Shown here: positions 25,430-38,816 of the stretch, in pieces
Position numbering within the stretch: the stretch's first letter is position 1
Layout of the letters: each line of letters begins with the position of its first letter
Assembly (NCBI GenBank): GCA_003427395.1
Contig: BFEA01000044.1
Span: 1,114,905 to 1,178,904, forward strand
Length of the DNA stretch: 64,000 nucleotides
Source of the DNA: Chara braunii
Lineage: Eukaryota > Plantae > Charophyceae
Direction of reading: 5' to 3'
Notes under the pieces: generated by a model
Database searches by the model: none
The model's input: the letters and a program-made list of their open reading frames with translations, nothing else
What the model was told of the DNA's origin: nothing
Position numbers and translations under genes: made by a program

Positions 25430-26075
25430 TTATTTTTGTTGTAATTTTCTGCTTAGTATGCAAAAATCATGAAAAATGCAATCTTGTTTTTAGTATTTTC
25501 CCATCGTTCTCTCAGATCTGTTTATATTTGTTACTTGATGAGTTATGTGAATTCTGACCCTTCAATCCTTGCCCCTTCCATTTCCAGTGTGCACTTATGT
25601 CTTCAAATAACCCATAATACTGCCCTCCTTCCTAACTCAAACAGGTTCGACGTGAATGGGTCTAGAGGGGCGGCGCGCCAAGCCCCACATAGTATGGTTT
25701 TCCAGTCCCGTGACCACTGTGCCTTTGTGCCCATCTGCTGCTAGATGCGGTTCCACCATCGCCAGGCCCACACTGCACCTCGGCACTTCATGAAAACGTG
25801 CTCGATAGTTTCAAGGATTTTCTTGGCAGGGAAATTGCCCACACACCTTTTGCACCATGGGACAGCCAGACCACGTTGTTTTAGACTGGTTCTGTCTATA
25901 AGCCAGTCGTTTGTGGGGAGATACATGTGGGCTATTTGCCATTGCAGGGAGACTATCTTTGCGGGGCTAACCCTGGTTCCTGCGAACCATCGAATGCGTC
26001 GCATATATTTTTGGTGGATGTTTAAACGGAGCGACAAACGATTTCTGACTTGCTCTCTCATATTGCATGCGATGA
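25430..26075 (-). mobile_element. 3' fragment of an L1-like LINE (C-terminal zinc-binding zf-RVT region)
   Basis: ORF 25741-26061 (-): W..AH..LPT...PWCKRC....ETIEHVFMKC..A...W is the CCHC motif following LINE RT; boundaries approximate. Confidence 0.75.
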
Positions 26076-26273
26076 TCTGAAATGGGGCTGAAGATGAGGT
26101 CCTCCTGACTGATCAGTCGCTTTGCTCGTTCGCCTAAGACATTGAAATAGGTTCAGAGATGAGGTCCTCTCACTGATCTGGTCGCTTTGCTCGTTTGCCT
26201 AAGACATTGAAATGAGGCTGGAGATGAGGTATTTCTGATTGATAGGGTCCCTTTGCTCATTTGCCTAAGACAT

Positions 26274-26471
26274 CTATGTTACCGCGCGCTCATTAAACGC
26301 GCGTTCCGCGTTCAGTTTATGAACGCAGTGAACGCGCGTTCAGTGAACGCCCCTGAACGCGATTGACGCGTTTGCGCAGGGGGGTGGGCGGGGTGGGGTG
26401 GTGCTTTGGGCAGTGTGGGAAGCAGCAGCGGTGCTTGGGGGGACTTTGGGCATTGTGTGTATGTGAATTTA

Positions 26472-26502
<31 letters not shown>

Positions 26503-27764
26503 GTAAGGTCCTTTTTTTTTCCGAGGGGGTGGGGGAATCCCCCTAACACAGCTCAGATAGCCCATGCAGGCTATCTGAAGGGTCCGCGCAGACATGTAGC
26601 GCAGACCCCCCCACCAAAATCGAGGCAGGCAGTGAATATGAAATAGAGCACGAGCTGGCCCGATATATACTCAAGATTCAATTTCAGGTTTGTGTTTCAG
26701 CAGTTATGGGTTGCTCACGTAGCTAGGGCCTGTTGGTCATTGCACGTGAGTCTTAGGGCTTGGCTGCACTACTCACGAAATGTGCTAAGTTAGAATGTAT
26801 CTTCTGCAGAACGTGGAATTGTGCATTTGGTGAGCAAAGGCCCTTAGGGCCACTGCACGTATTCCTAAGAAAAAAAAAACGAGAAAAAAAGAACAAAAAG
26901 AAAAATAAGAAATTAGAAAAATGAAAAACAAGAAAAGACAAAACATATGGTGGCGTATTATTCCACGTTCTGCAGAAGATTCATTCTAACTTAGTAAAGG
27001 CCCTTAGGTCCACTGCACGTATTCCTATGAAAAGAAAAACAAGAANNNNNNNNNNNNNNNNNNNNNNNNNNNNNNNNNNNNNNNNNNNNNNNNNNNNNNN
27101 NNNNNNNNNNNNNNNCAAGAAAACTAAAAAATGAGAAAAAAGAAAAACAAGAAAAAATTAAAACGATGGCGTATTATTCCACGTTCTGCAGAAGATTCAT
27201 TCTAACTTAGCACACACTGAGTAGTGCAGCCAAGCCCTAAGAGTCACGTGCAGTGACCAATAGGCCCTAGCTACGTGAGCAACCCATAACTGCCGAAACA
27301 CTTCAAACACAGACTTGAATTCGAATCTTGAGTATATATTGGGTCAGCTCATGCTCTTTATTTCAGATTCACTGCCTGCCTCGATTTTGGTGGGGGGGTC
27401 TGCGCTACATGTCTGCGCGGACCCTTCAGATAGCCTGCATAGGCTAACTGAGCTGTGTTAGGGGGACTCCCCCACCCACTCAAAAAAAAAAAAAAAAAAG
27501 GAATTTTCACACATGGCGGGGGCGATGCGGTAGGGGGGGGTAGGCCTCTGTTTTTTTTTTGTTTTGGCAGTTTTGGGGTTCTTAGAACGAGGTCCACCAC
27601 CTCGTAGTCCGTAATGCGCCCGTGTGCCCCCCGGGGTCGCGTTCAGTTTTTTCGCCCCACGTGGTGCGCAGCGCGTTTGAACGCGAATGAACGCGGTCCT
27701 CGGGGGTATGAACGCGCGCGTTTGAACGTGAACGCGCGTTCAGCGCGTTCACCCGGTTACATAG
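26274..27764. mobile_element. Non-autonomous hAT element containing a long foldback
   Basis: TIR CTATGTTACCG/CGGTTACATAG; perfect 8-bp TSD TAAGACAT; subterminal GAACGCG motifs. Confidence 0.85.
26505..27510. repeat. Long inverted repeat (foldback, arms >300 bp) nested in the hAT element
   Basis: ~26524-26825 is the reverse complement of ~27172-27480 (e.g. CAGGCTATCTGAAGGGTCCGCGCAGACATGTAGCGCAGACCCC / GGGGTCTGCGCTACATGTCTGCGCGGACCCTTCAGATAGCCTG); N gap in the centre. Confidence 0.85.
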
Positions 27765-30700
27765 TAAGACATTGAAATAGGGTTGGAGATGAGTTCCTCC
27801 TGACTGATCCAGTCGCTTTACTCGTTTGCCTAAGACATTGAAATGAGGTTGCAGATGAGGTCCTCTTGACTGATCCGGTTGCTTTGCTCGTTTGCCTAAG
27901 ATATTGACATGGGCTTGGGGATAAGGTCCTTTTGATTGATCCGATCACTTTCCTCATTTGCCTAAGACATTGAAATGGGGTTGAAGATGAGGTCGCCTTG
28001 ACTGATCCGGCCGCTTTGCTCGTTTGTCTAAGACATTGAAATGAGTCTGGAGATAAGGTCCTCCTGACTGATCCGGTCGCTTTGCTCGTTTGTCTAAGAC
28101 ATTGAAATGGGTCTGGAGATAAGGTCCTCCTGACTGATCCGGTTGCTTTGCTCGTTTGCCTAAGACATTGAAATGGGGCAGGAGATGAGTTCCTCCTGAC
28201 TGATCCGGTCAGTTTGCTCATTTGCCTAAGACATTGAAATGAGGCCGGAGACGAGGTCTTCTTGATTGATCATGTCACTTTGTTCGTTTGCCTAAGACAT
28301 TGAAATTGGGTTGGAGATTAGGCCCTCCTGACTGTTCCGGCCGCTTTGCTTAGTCAGTGAGTTTTGCTTATTGACAAATGTCTGACTCTTCTCCTTGTGA
28401 GAATAGTCTAGGCTAGTATGTTAGTGATTGCAATAGATTTTGACTGAGAAGAACTTGGAAAGATAATAATTTAACTAAGTAAGATCTAGGCCTTATGTTT
28501 TGTGATCAGGAGAAGCAAAAGATGAAAACTTTGGATGAATGAACCCTTCGTTTGAAATCGTTGGACGCGTTATTAACATAACATGCTTGCTGGCAATGAC
28601 TTGTCTTTTGCTCAAGCTTTGTTTGTTTTCTATTTTAAGTAGGGTAGTCTGTTAATGCTCGTCTTATGCTTCAGCGATAGACAGATAGATGCTCACTTTT
28701 GTTATCACATTTGTCTCTCCATGCATGATTGTTTTCGTAGGACATTGGCCAGCCTATGAGTTAGAAGGAGTTTTGGGAGCCTCTTTTCCTTAGGGGAGGT
28801 GCTGCTAAAATTTCTGCCAAATACTCAAAGTTAGTCAAGATTCAAAGATGTCAATACTCGTTTAATATCGGGAAGGAGGGACTCTTCACGATATTTCGTT
28901 TTCGACACTTGAGTGTCGTACGCAACCCCTAAACCCATGAGAGGTTACGCATGAAGCGTCGCCATGATAGCAGATCAAGTGAGTACACATAATTGAGCAT
29001 TATGGTTTCCTTAGCGGTTGCATTCTTTTTATGCGACTCTGCACGGGCCTCGGTCAGACGCTTTAGCCAATATAAGTTATGGGTAAGAACGTATGAAAAA
29101 GGGATTAGGCTAATTTGTTTGTTTTAGTTTTTTTTTTGTTGCGTATTGCGTAGTTGAGTTATGAATCTTAGGATGTCCTAGTCGACCGACGTTGAATCAC
29201 ACTTGGGAGATCAGCGCTCCAAAGTGACGGTTCTCGTACGGGTCCGAGCTAGGCGTGAACCGGGCGTACCCCCTGTGTTACAACATACGAGAAATGCCCT
29301 CGATTGGGCCACCTCTTGGATTGAACATAAAAGCATCCGCGCGTGGTTTAGTAGGTCGACGAGGATACGCCCACCCAAGGGATGGTGACAATTCCTGTGA
29401 GTGGAGGTAAGTTGTACCTCGCGGGGCCCTATCCTGTCGTAGGGACTTGATAGAGGTATGACTGTCGCACTCGGCCGGAACGGCTCTGCCGCTTCCTCTT
29501 TCGTGAAGCGACTCGCGAATCTGCCAATCCTGCGTGACGCGACCAGAATTATGCGCTGTCACACTTTTTCAGTTAGGTCACTTCGGGCGACCAGAAAGCC
29601 AATAGGCTGTCACACAGGATTTTGTGGATGACTCCAATCAATAAATAAATTAAATACAGCATATCCTTTCCTGTTGTATGCGTCCGACTTCAAGCGAGAC
29701 CCTTCAATTGCGGTATTTGTCGGTCCGCGGTTTTAGGAATGTTTTATTTTGATTCGGAAAAGCAAAGATTATGTAATTACTAATCATAAATTTTGGTGTG
29801 CCATGCATCTATCGATTTTACCAATTTGCTAGCTTTGAGAACTGTGACAGGATCACTAGAGAACACAATCATCAAGCAGAGTCTATGCAAATAAGAAAGA
29901 CCGACTAACTTAAGTTAGAGACAATAATTAAATGAGGGAACTTGAAGAATGATAAGTAAAAATAATCTCAGAAAGCACATATGAAAGGGCTCGGGTGACA
30001 CTGGTCATGAGTCCTCACTCATCCCTCTAGGCAACATGCGTAATCTCTCATTTGACTCTGTATTTCATGTGCATTGAGCCATGTCCTTGTACTCTCTGAG
30101 GTTGTGGCCTCTGAATATATAGCCACCTAAAACCTGCAAGCTCTAAACATTTTCATCCAAGTCCCATGATACGAAAATCAACCATAGCACAAAACTCCTC
30201 CCACAATGTAGGGAGATATGGTTGAGGAAAACCCTCATGCCCGAGATGTCGAAACTCAGATGGCTTGGTCACTGTCTAGTAATCAATCACTGCAGGGGAA
30301 ATATACCTCTTAGCTAAGTCAACAAAGTCACCCCAACATGTATCGTCTGTGAGAGGAAAAAGGACAGCAGGTCTGCGTTAATTAGTGTAGAGCTTCGCCC
30401 AAAAGTTGAGGGTCACCTTGACACTACTCTCATCAAGCTCCCTCTCTTTCACCTGTAGGTATTTGGCTGTGAGATCCAGACTGAATCGAAATGTTCATTA
30501 GTCTATTTGTCTTTCTTTACATAGGGTCTTAGGTCGTGGATGGTACCCTCTGCAAACTCGGAGTGAACCATAAAGACGGACAGGTCTCCCTGGTTGAAGT
30601 CAACCGCACTGACATACCACTACCGGAAAGCATTTTTAGATGCGACTCTATTGAGCTTGGCCAAAACCGACCCCTCGATTGGAAACGACTGAAACGTACT

Positions 30701-32249
30701 CATGTGAGAGGTGACTGTTGAAGTTTATTCAAAGTTTTGGATGGTAGCACTGTCCAGTTGATACTGGTCTCTGATGCAAATAGCAATAACCGAATGATGT
30801 TTGCGTTTTGGCTTAAATTCTCTGGCAAAAATAGTTGAGTATCGTTGAAATAGCAAGTCATTGAATGTTGGTTAGTATTGGAACCCTGAGATAACCGCAG
30901 ATTGAAGATTGACACTTTCTAACGGATCTTAACTCAACGGAAAATCTAGTACCTTTGCGTTTATCTGAACCTATTCCAGCCGTGTTCCACCGTCTCTAGG
31001 AACGAGCCCGTGCTGTGCAACTTGCCATTACGATCATAGAAGTAAATTACATACTCAATAAACTTATTTTCACTCGTCATCATGACTGCACGTTCTCTAT
31101 GAGTTTGCTTATGAGACTCCATGTCCAGACATGCCTCCTCTTCCTATCCTTTTTTTTTCCCCTATATAACCCGTACTTCAACACTAAAACCTCCTCTTCT
31201 CTCATGTTTCCTCCCACACTCCAGCCAATCAGAGACTAGGGTAGGCCGCCGGTAGCCTTGGTGAGTTCCACACTTAGAGCGGAAAACTGTTCTCAAATTT
31301 GGGATCGTTGAGGTTAGTTTGGGCGTCTAATAGCTACCGAGTACTTTCTTCACGGGGTTTGGGACACTACTTGTTAACGTCGGAGCGAAGTCTAATCTAC
31401 AAGGTGGCAACTAACACGAACAGGCAGTGGCTACTAACTCTTTAGCAACGCTTCGATATTGATATTGGGACAACTCTTAATGTCAAGTAAAGCACAGTCC
31501 GATAAGGTCAGTTTTCAAAAAAAACTTACTCAGGGTCAGTGAAGCGGTTGTCCTTTACTGTTTCATTTGCACCGACGAACAGAATAGATTAATAGGAATC
31601 GAGTTCATGCCTTAGCTTCCCCGAATCTGCTGATGATTACTCTCGTTATGCCTTTGTCTGCAGAGTGCACAGATTAGTTTATTATTTGCAGACCTTATCT
31701 GCCCTGATGGGGTGGTAATGAATCAAGGTAGGACCAAACTAAACCCTTTCTACTGTCGTTTTTCTAGTGGGAATCGCATGCTTGATCAGTCAGCACTCGG
31801 GTAAACATTAGGAGAGTTTTTCCCACTCAAACGTTGTGCTAGCATAAACAGATTACGGTCTCATCTCGAGACGGCATTGCAGCGTAGCACTGGTATTGAG
31901 TCCAACCCAAAGAAGCTTATGAAGCATCATAGAGACGAGAACCCAAAGACAACCAAGGTTCTGCTGAAAACTGAGTCTCGCTCAAATTGCAGTGAGGTAT
32001 ATAATTGGCAGCAAGCCCAGTCCAGTTAATGAATAGGATTGATCACTACTATCATTTTGCGTGTGACACTAAGTGGTGTCGATCTTCATCCCTGCTCATT
32101 CTCGGTACGGGGAGTTTCAGTTTCTACTTGTGCCTGCATAGGAATTCGTTGACCTCAGATCCCTTTAATGTCCCTCGTAAAGTACCATCTATTACAGCCT
32201 CGTTTGCCGCAGTCTTAGAGAGAAGGTTAACAACAGCCGTATTTTTCAT

Positions 32250-32510
32250 CACCACTTCAAGACACCCTTCACCACTTCAGAATGCAGTCTGCCTAAACAT
32301 GTGGTTTTCAGGGTCTTCGGGTTTTTCACCACTTCAGGATGCAGTCTGCCTAAACAAGTGGTTTTCAGGGTCTTCGGACCTTTCACTACTTCAGGACCAT
32401 GCATGATTTTTAGACTGCCCAAAACTCTCACGTCACCACTTTAGGATGCGGCCTGCCTAAACAGGTGGTTTTTAGGGTCTTCAGACCTTTCACCACTTCA
32501 GGACCATTCG
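32250..32510. repeat. 57-bp tandem repeat (~4 partial units)
   Basis: ACCACTTCAGGATGCAGTCTGCCTAAACAAGTGGTTTTCAGGGTCTTCGG recurs at 32271, 32328 and ~32435. Confidence 0.8.
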
Positions 32511-35500
32511 GGATTTTCAAACTGCTCAAAACGCTCACTTCAGAATTTTCATTCACGAATTTTCAGCTACCCGTTAACCGCTTGTGCAGTCTTAGCGGTC
32601 ACTTGAACACTATGTCCGGTTCTACTTTGTTATCGCACACGAGAGACATGTCCCATTCGTGTTTTCCGGTCGATTTTCCGTGCAAGACAATCCCCGAGAC
32701 CTCTCCCAATCAGAGTATTACACAAGGTAGTACTTATGAAGACACCCACTTAAGTAGGAAAATAACAGACTTGTATCACAAGGGTATCTTTTAAAACAAA
32801 CACCCTCAACCCATACAGCCACTCATGATAACTTTGGCATCGAATACAGGGCAGGGATTTTGCTCTCCAGCACCCAAGCCCAGAAGTTTGACGATGTACC
32901 ACTCCTAGAAACAGTGATTACTGAGTGCAGCGAGCAAGGGTAGGGTGCATTGATAAATTCGACGCTGAGCGTTGGCATGTCGCAAAAACTCGGTAGCCAG
33001 TTATTTTGCACAATGCGGATGACTGTGGTTTACACCATACGTTTAAGGGTCAGACGACACAGGCAGAGTTATCGTCTTCTCACAGAACACCTTACTTTAC
33101 TCCTCCTCCGGGTTTGTATAAGATGATCGACTTACAGGTATTGGTTCACAGAAAAGGTAACCCGTCGTAAGTCAGGTTATATCCAAATCAGAGACACTTG
33201 AGCTCTCAGCTCTCTCTCCCGTCAAACCCATCAAGAGGGGGTGATGTTAGTCTCCGTCAAGCAGAAATTTAGCTAGTAAGAAAGTTATTTTTCTTAGGAT
33301 TTCTTCTCTCCTGCCCATTTAACTGGGTTCTCACGATGACTTACCTCTCCAGTTCCAGTCTAGCAATCAGTCAATCAGAGTAACGCTTACTCCCTTCTTT
33401 GAGAGGGGAGAAAATTCGTACACGGTTTGCTGTACTCCGATCCAATCATAAGAGTAAAAATAAAAATAAAAAACATGCAACTTGTGACCAAATACTTATT
33501 TCCATGATACACAAGTCAACAACATGTCAGTGATGTCACTCATAGTTGCACCACCGCCCTGGAAACCACTACACTGATTATCTCTCATGCAAGGATTGTA
33601 TGTGACTTCAATTATTAGGCTATCTCATGAGCTCACAAGGATTGGCCCCAGCTGACATGACGCTCCCCCCCCCCTTTAACATCAGTACTGGTACTTGCGA
33701 TTATACTTTGAGTGAAGGATTGGCCTCAGAGTGTATGGGTCGACTTTGTTATCCCGTGAGCTTGAGGGACACGTAGCCCTCACAGCGAACTCAGTCACTT
33801 GCGATTATACTGGACAACTTCAAGGGAATCTTTCCCCGTTAGCAACTCACTTCAGAACCCCTTACCTGAGCAATTAGTTCGCTACCATCTGACCAGAACT
33901 CCTTAATACAGCCGCAGGTCCCCACAAAACCAAGTTAACGAGAAGTGAAGGAGGAGATAGTTTGTTCGGTAGTGGCGGTCAACTTCTCTTCGACATTGAA
34001 GCAGTAGAAATGCTATCGGTGGCGAGTTTTCGCGCCTCTGTCTCGACAGTTTTATTCCTTTGTGTCTGGCTATTGTTAATGTCTCGCTCAAAGTTTTCAA
34101 CTTGGGTACCTTCTCAGCTGGTATAAATCGATGTCCAGACCGGGACTGATAGCTATTGACATCAACGAAAAAAAAGTTAAAATGACCCGTCTACAGAGCC
34201 TACCTCCCCTATAATGTGAAGACACCGTGTTAGATCGGCACACTTAAGGTCAAGACCGCGAGTGATCAAATTATTTTCTTCTACAACTAGTAGCAGTCGC
34301 GCAGACTTTACTCACAAAACAGCAAATACCATTACAGAGAATGGTATCCAACGAGTCGTCAACCTCTCATCGCATGCATTCGTATCCCCTCACTTGCTCG
34401 CATACAGCTATACACCTTGTTCGAGCCCCTCAAATCATCAAGACTGGCCCCACTCTAGTATGCTTTTGTACTTCTTTTCTCGTGCTCCGAATGCCTTAAC
34501 TGGTTATTTGCATTTCCCCTACCGCCAACGACGTGGTGTTAACCTTGGAGAATAATGCAGCCTATATGGAGGCTACAATAGCATTATCAACGAGAAGAGA
34601 CACCGTTCTCTCCCATGCACTTGTTTTCACTGCGCGTCTTCTCTTTCTTCTTTCTCCATCGCAACCGAGAGCCAAAAGAAGCAAGCCATTAACAAGTGGT
34701 GCTCGAGGCGGAGAAGTGCCACAGCATTACAACCCTGCGAAGTATATGGAAGACCTCTTACAAATTGACCCTTATTAGCAGCGTGATTGCCAAAATCAGG
34801 AGGTTGACATCAGTCGACTCTTCTCTACATGGATCGTCAAGCCGCCCGTCCCCCGAAAGTGACCAACTGCCAGAGTGAGCTCCCCTCTTGCATGATCGCA
34901 CCGCTCTAATCAGCGTACGCCGCCTGAACGGATGGTCAGCCCCCTCTCACTTCTCGCTCACTTCGTACTCACCCACAACCATAGCGTGGCTTGCTCCTCA
35001 ATATTCATTGTCACGGGCTTGACCCATCCAGATACTGTTGACACCAGTGACTGCTTCTGAGTGCTCTCATTGCAGGCATTGTCTTGATCCCACTTTTTTG
35101 AAGTAATGGTTTCCTACGACATGCACACCTCCTCGTTGTTCCTGCATCGGCAATTGCCAATCCAGTATCACGCTAATCATACATAGACAACACAAGGCAC
35201 ACACGTCGAGTCCCTATCCGCTCATTCTAAGAAGACTACAATGATCACAATCGGTCTATGCACAACAACAGAAAAATTGTGGGCATTTTTTTTGGCGGTT
35301 TATCAAATGTGGCCCCCCCTTTTAAACTGTTGGTTTCGTGTTAATAAACAGTTTAACGGGGGTAGTGTCATGTGTTCCACCAAAAGTGAAGGAACTCAAC
35401 GTTGATAACATATGTCATAAACATGCGACACTGTGTTCAACACTTGTTCAGTAGTTGAAAAGTTGTTGACAAGTTGTTGACAAGTTGTTGAAATGTTGTT

Positions 35501-35547
35501 GATCAACTGTTGAACATTTCAGATATTGTTGGGAATATCTGAAATTT

Positions 35548-35599
<52 letters not shown>

Positions 35600-35739
35600 T
35601 CTTCCCTCCCAAACTGATGATGTCAGAGAACTGGCCCTGTTGCTATTTATCACCTTCATCTTACCTTGTGTAGCTCCTTTGAACCTTGAATGCAGCGCCA
35701 TAGGCAAATGCCTGATGGATGTGAACGAAATGTCTGATA

Positions 35740-35809
35740 GTTGGCTACCGGGTGTCAATTTCCAACATCATGCCCCTGCATGACAAGAACATGGCACGCA
35801 GTAGTCAAT
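35740..35809. promoter_or_regulatory. 70-bp bipartite site A (18-bp arm, 34-nt spacer, inverted 18-bp arm)
   Basis: GTTGGCTACCGGGTGTCA-N34-TGGCACGCAGTAGTCAAT; function unknown. Confidence 0.7.
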
Positions 35810-36199
35810 CAGTCGTGTACTTCTCGCCCAACATTAAAATGAACATGTTTTCTAGTGTCTGCCCAATACTACTTTGTGATATTATATTCAACATATTTGG
35901 AAGTGCGTAATCCGTTTTCTGCTCATTTTTATCAAACATGATTCATGTTCTTGCAAAATCGTACGTTGACATATTTTGGCCCACATTACACATGACGCAT
36001 TGCGTATCCTTGCAAGACAGACAACAATGTGTACAATAAATTGATAGTGAGTATTGTGAGATGCGAAACGTAAATGCTACGTGATGGTCGAAACACATCC
36101 ACGACAGGTCATGTACAAAACCATTTATTAAATAACACATGTTTGCTTATTGTACACTCAACCCAGAGGGTTCTCCAGAGTCTTTTTTTTTTAAATAAT

Positions 36200-36252
<53 letters not shown>

Positions 36253-36297
36253 NNNNNNNNNNNNNNNNNNNNNNNNNNNNNNNNNNNNNNNNNNNNN

Positions 36298-36338
<41 letters not shown>

Positions 36339-36498
36339 TTTTACACTTTGGTCCTCATTGGCAATGTGTCATGGCACGGACTGTCAGTGGAGGTGCAGCT
36401 CATGTCCCCTCTAACACCATTGCCCTCCTCCCTCCCCACCCTGACATTTTCCATCCCCAACCCCCCTCGATCCACTTCGGGACCCCTTCTTCTCCTTT

Positions 36499-38461
36499 TC
36501 ACGGCCTTGCGGACAAACTTTCTTCGTCTCTCTCTCTGCCCGCACATTTGTCCACGGTGTGCGCAATGAACTCAAGGTCAAAATCATCATCTGTTGTAGT
36601 CATGTTATTGGCGTCTCCCCTCTGCACAGCAGGCAACCCAGCTCTGTACAATGCGACGGCCTTGTCTGCAACAGAAACAGCACGGTCGAGCTTGAAGATA
36701 GAAAAACTTAAGACTGTGTCTCGGGAGCGGACCGATGCAGCTATCTCTTTCTTGATAGTTGCAAGTTTCTGTATTTGTTCCGCTGCTTTACTGGTCTTTG
36801 TCGTCTGCTCGACTTCACTTTTGAGTACCAGCTCCGCAAATGCTAGTTGCTGCAATGTTACGCCAAGGTTGATTCCATCTCTTCTCATTTGAAAAACTTT
36901 TGTTAGTACTGTCTTGAAAGGAGGAGCGCCCCACGGATCATTGCCGCTCCTTCTCCATGTTGTGTTTCCCTTCATCTTTGCCCGCATCCTGTTGCGAGTC
37001 GGAAGCTGGTGATCCGTTTGAGCTGATCGGACCAGCGACAGACCTTTTTCGGCCCAAAACGAATGCTTCAATTGCCATGATATCTCGCTTCGGACCATTG
37101 TCATAATCCGATTGCATTCCCCGATCACAGCTCGGATTCCGTTCGTTGCCACGTGCAACCGTAGTCCTTCCTCCGCATGTTCTCCTATCAATTTGGCAGT
37201 TGTTTGCAGTGCCGTAAAAAAATTGTCCTCCGATGGGTATAGTGTCGCATCCTTTGCTGCTGAAAAAGCAAAGACCTTCGCCACTGAACGAAACAGTCTG
37301 TCTTTCATTTTCTTTGTAAAACCCCCGGTTTGTTGCTCTGTTGGTTCGCCAGCATCACCTCCACCTATGCTGCTTCGTCTTTGCAAATTAGTGCAATCTG
37401 GGGGGAAAAAAAAAAGACCAACAGATTGATTATTTAGTAATAAGAAGACCCTCCGCGATATGCGTTTTATGTATTGCATTCAGAAACGAACATAAGACCG
37501 CCACTCCCCCTTCCCGATCCACCCCCGGACACACTTCGTAACCCCCTACCACCCCCAACCCCTTGCCCCCGGCCCCCTCCCCTTCCCCTCCCCCCCCCTT
37601 CCTCCCGCTCAGTGAACCTGGTCGTTTCTGCAGCACTGAAAACGACTGTGCTGAGCACACATAGTGGTGTCTTTATAAGGCGCCCTTCATCTTACCCTGT
37701 AGCGGTACATTCTCCCTCTACACAATTTGTTTGTCATTCGATGAAGTCTCTAGTGCGCCTGCCTTTTTTTCATCAGTTCCGCATTTTGCACTGTTTTTCA
37801 GCAGATGTAATCTCTCTTTCTTCGTCTTCACTGTTGCCTTCCTCTTCCTCTTCGCCCTCCTCGGATCTGTCCGTGTTGTCGCCGGTGCTATCTCCCTCCG
37901 GATTGCTCTCCTCTGCATCGACATCATGGTCAGCGTCACTGTCGTCACCTTCTCCTCGTTCTTGCATTCTCTCATGTTCTACTTCTTCTGACATTTCTTC
38001 GCCGGAGTCTTCTTGTTTGCCTTCCTCCTGAGCGGTGGTTCGTAAATCGTATGACCCTCTGAGGTGGATTGCTTCAGCAGTCCTGTCTTTTCTGTAAATT
38101 ATTTTCTTCTTTTTCCTCTGTTGTTGCAGCTGTGGTTTTTCATCTCGTCTTTTCTTCTCTGGCGCTCTTGGGGGTTGCCTCTCACTGTCGCCGTGTCTCT
38201 TCTGCCGCGGGGGACTCACGACAGGTGATTTGTTATGTTCAACCAGTTTCCCCCTCTGCTTTTTCCGCGGCGGGCAGAGAGCACTGCTTCTGTCCTGCGG
38301 CCTGTGTTGGTCTCCTGTCTCTTGAATTGGGGAATATCCCTTATGCTATGTCTTTGTTTGATTGTCTTCTTCTCTTCCTTTGCTGCCCTCTCCCCCTTCT
38401 CTCTCCTCCCTGTGGACTTCAAGGACTTGCACAGATCCTCGTACCTTGGCTTCGAAGTCAT
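36499..38461 (-). pseudogene. Transposon cargo gene of unknown function: basic/acidic low-complexity N-terminus, Gly/Arg-rich linker, globular C-terminal domain
   Basis: Colinear ORF pieces 38216-38461, 37773-38219, 37467-37658 and 36499-37479; polypyrimidine acceptor (ttttcccccag) near 37400 before the ~300-aa last exon; stops and frameshifts upstream. Confidence 0.6.
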
Positions 38462-38591
38462 TCTCTTCAGCCTTATGAAAAGTTTCTGACATGCACGAAT
38501 TCACAAACACTCACGTTAGACATGGAATGATTTCGGCACATGCAACAACCATTTGTCATCCGCCACCGTATGCGAGATTTTCACACGCAGG

Positions 38592-38637
<46 letters not shown>

Positions 38638-38707
38638 ATGTGACATGAAATACGACATTTTTTTTCTATGATACATCACACATTCATCCATCAAGTAACA
38701 TGCACAA

Positions 38708-38777
38708 GTTGGCTACTGCGTGCCGATTGGCTTCTCTACGACATGTGAGTTTTGTATAATTGCACGCGGTTGTCGAC
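38708..38777. promoter_or_regulatory. 70-bp bipartite site B
   Basis: GTTGGCTACTGCGTGCCG-N34-TTGCACGCGGTTGTCGAC. Confidence 0.7.
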
Positions 38778-38816
38778 TTCGTGTTTCGATGTCGGGTATA
38801 TATCATGCCCTTGTAA

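Larger units (their letters stand above)
26078..28350. repeat. 66-bp minisatellite (~12 units) interrupted by a hAT insertion
   Basis: Unit CCTAAGACATTGAAATGGGGTTGGAGATGAGGTCCTCCTGACTGATCCGGTCGCTTTGCTCGTTTG; TAAGACAT-like motif recurs every 66 bp from 27765 to 28293; ~3 units left of 26274. Confidence 0.9.

Noticed and set aside
27757-28221. 154-aa repeat protein ORF
   Set aside because: It is the translation of the 66-bp minisatellite; neighbouring units are interrupted by a hAT insertion and there is no domain evidence
35255-35262. Target-site duplication of the Plavaka element
   Set aside because: With CAC..GTG termini the flanks (ATG versus CTT) do not match; TGC/GC occurs at both junctions but overlaps the TIR, so no TSD can be called
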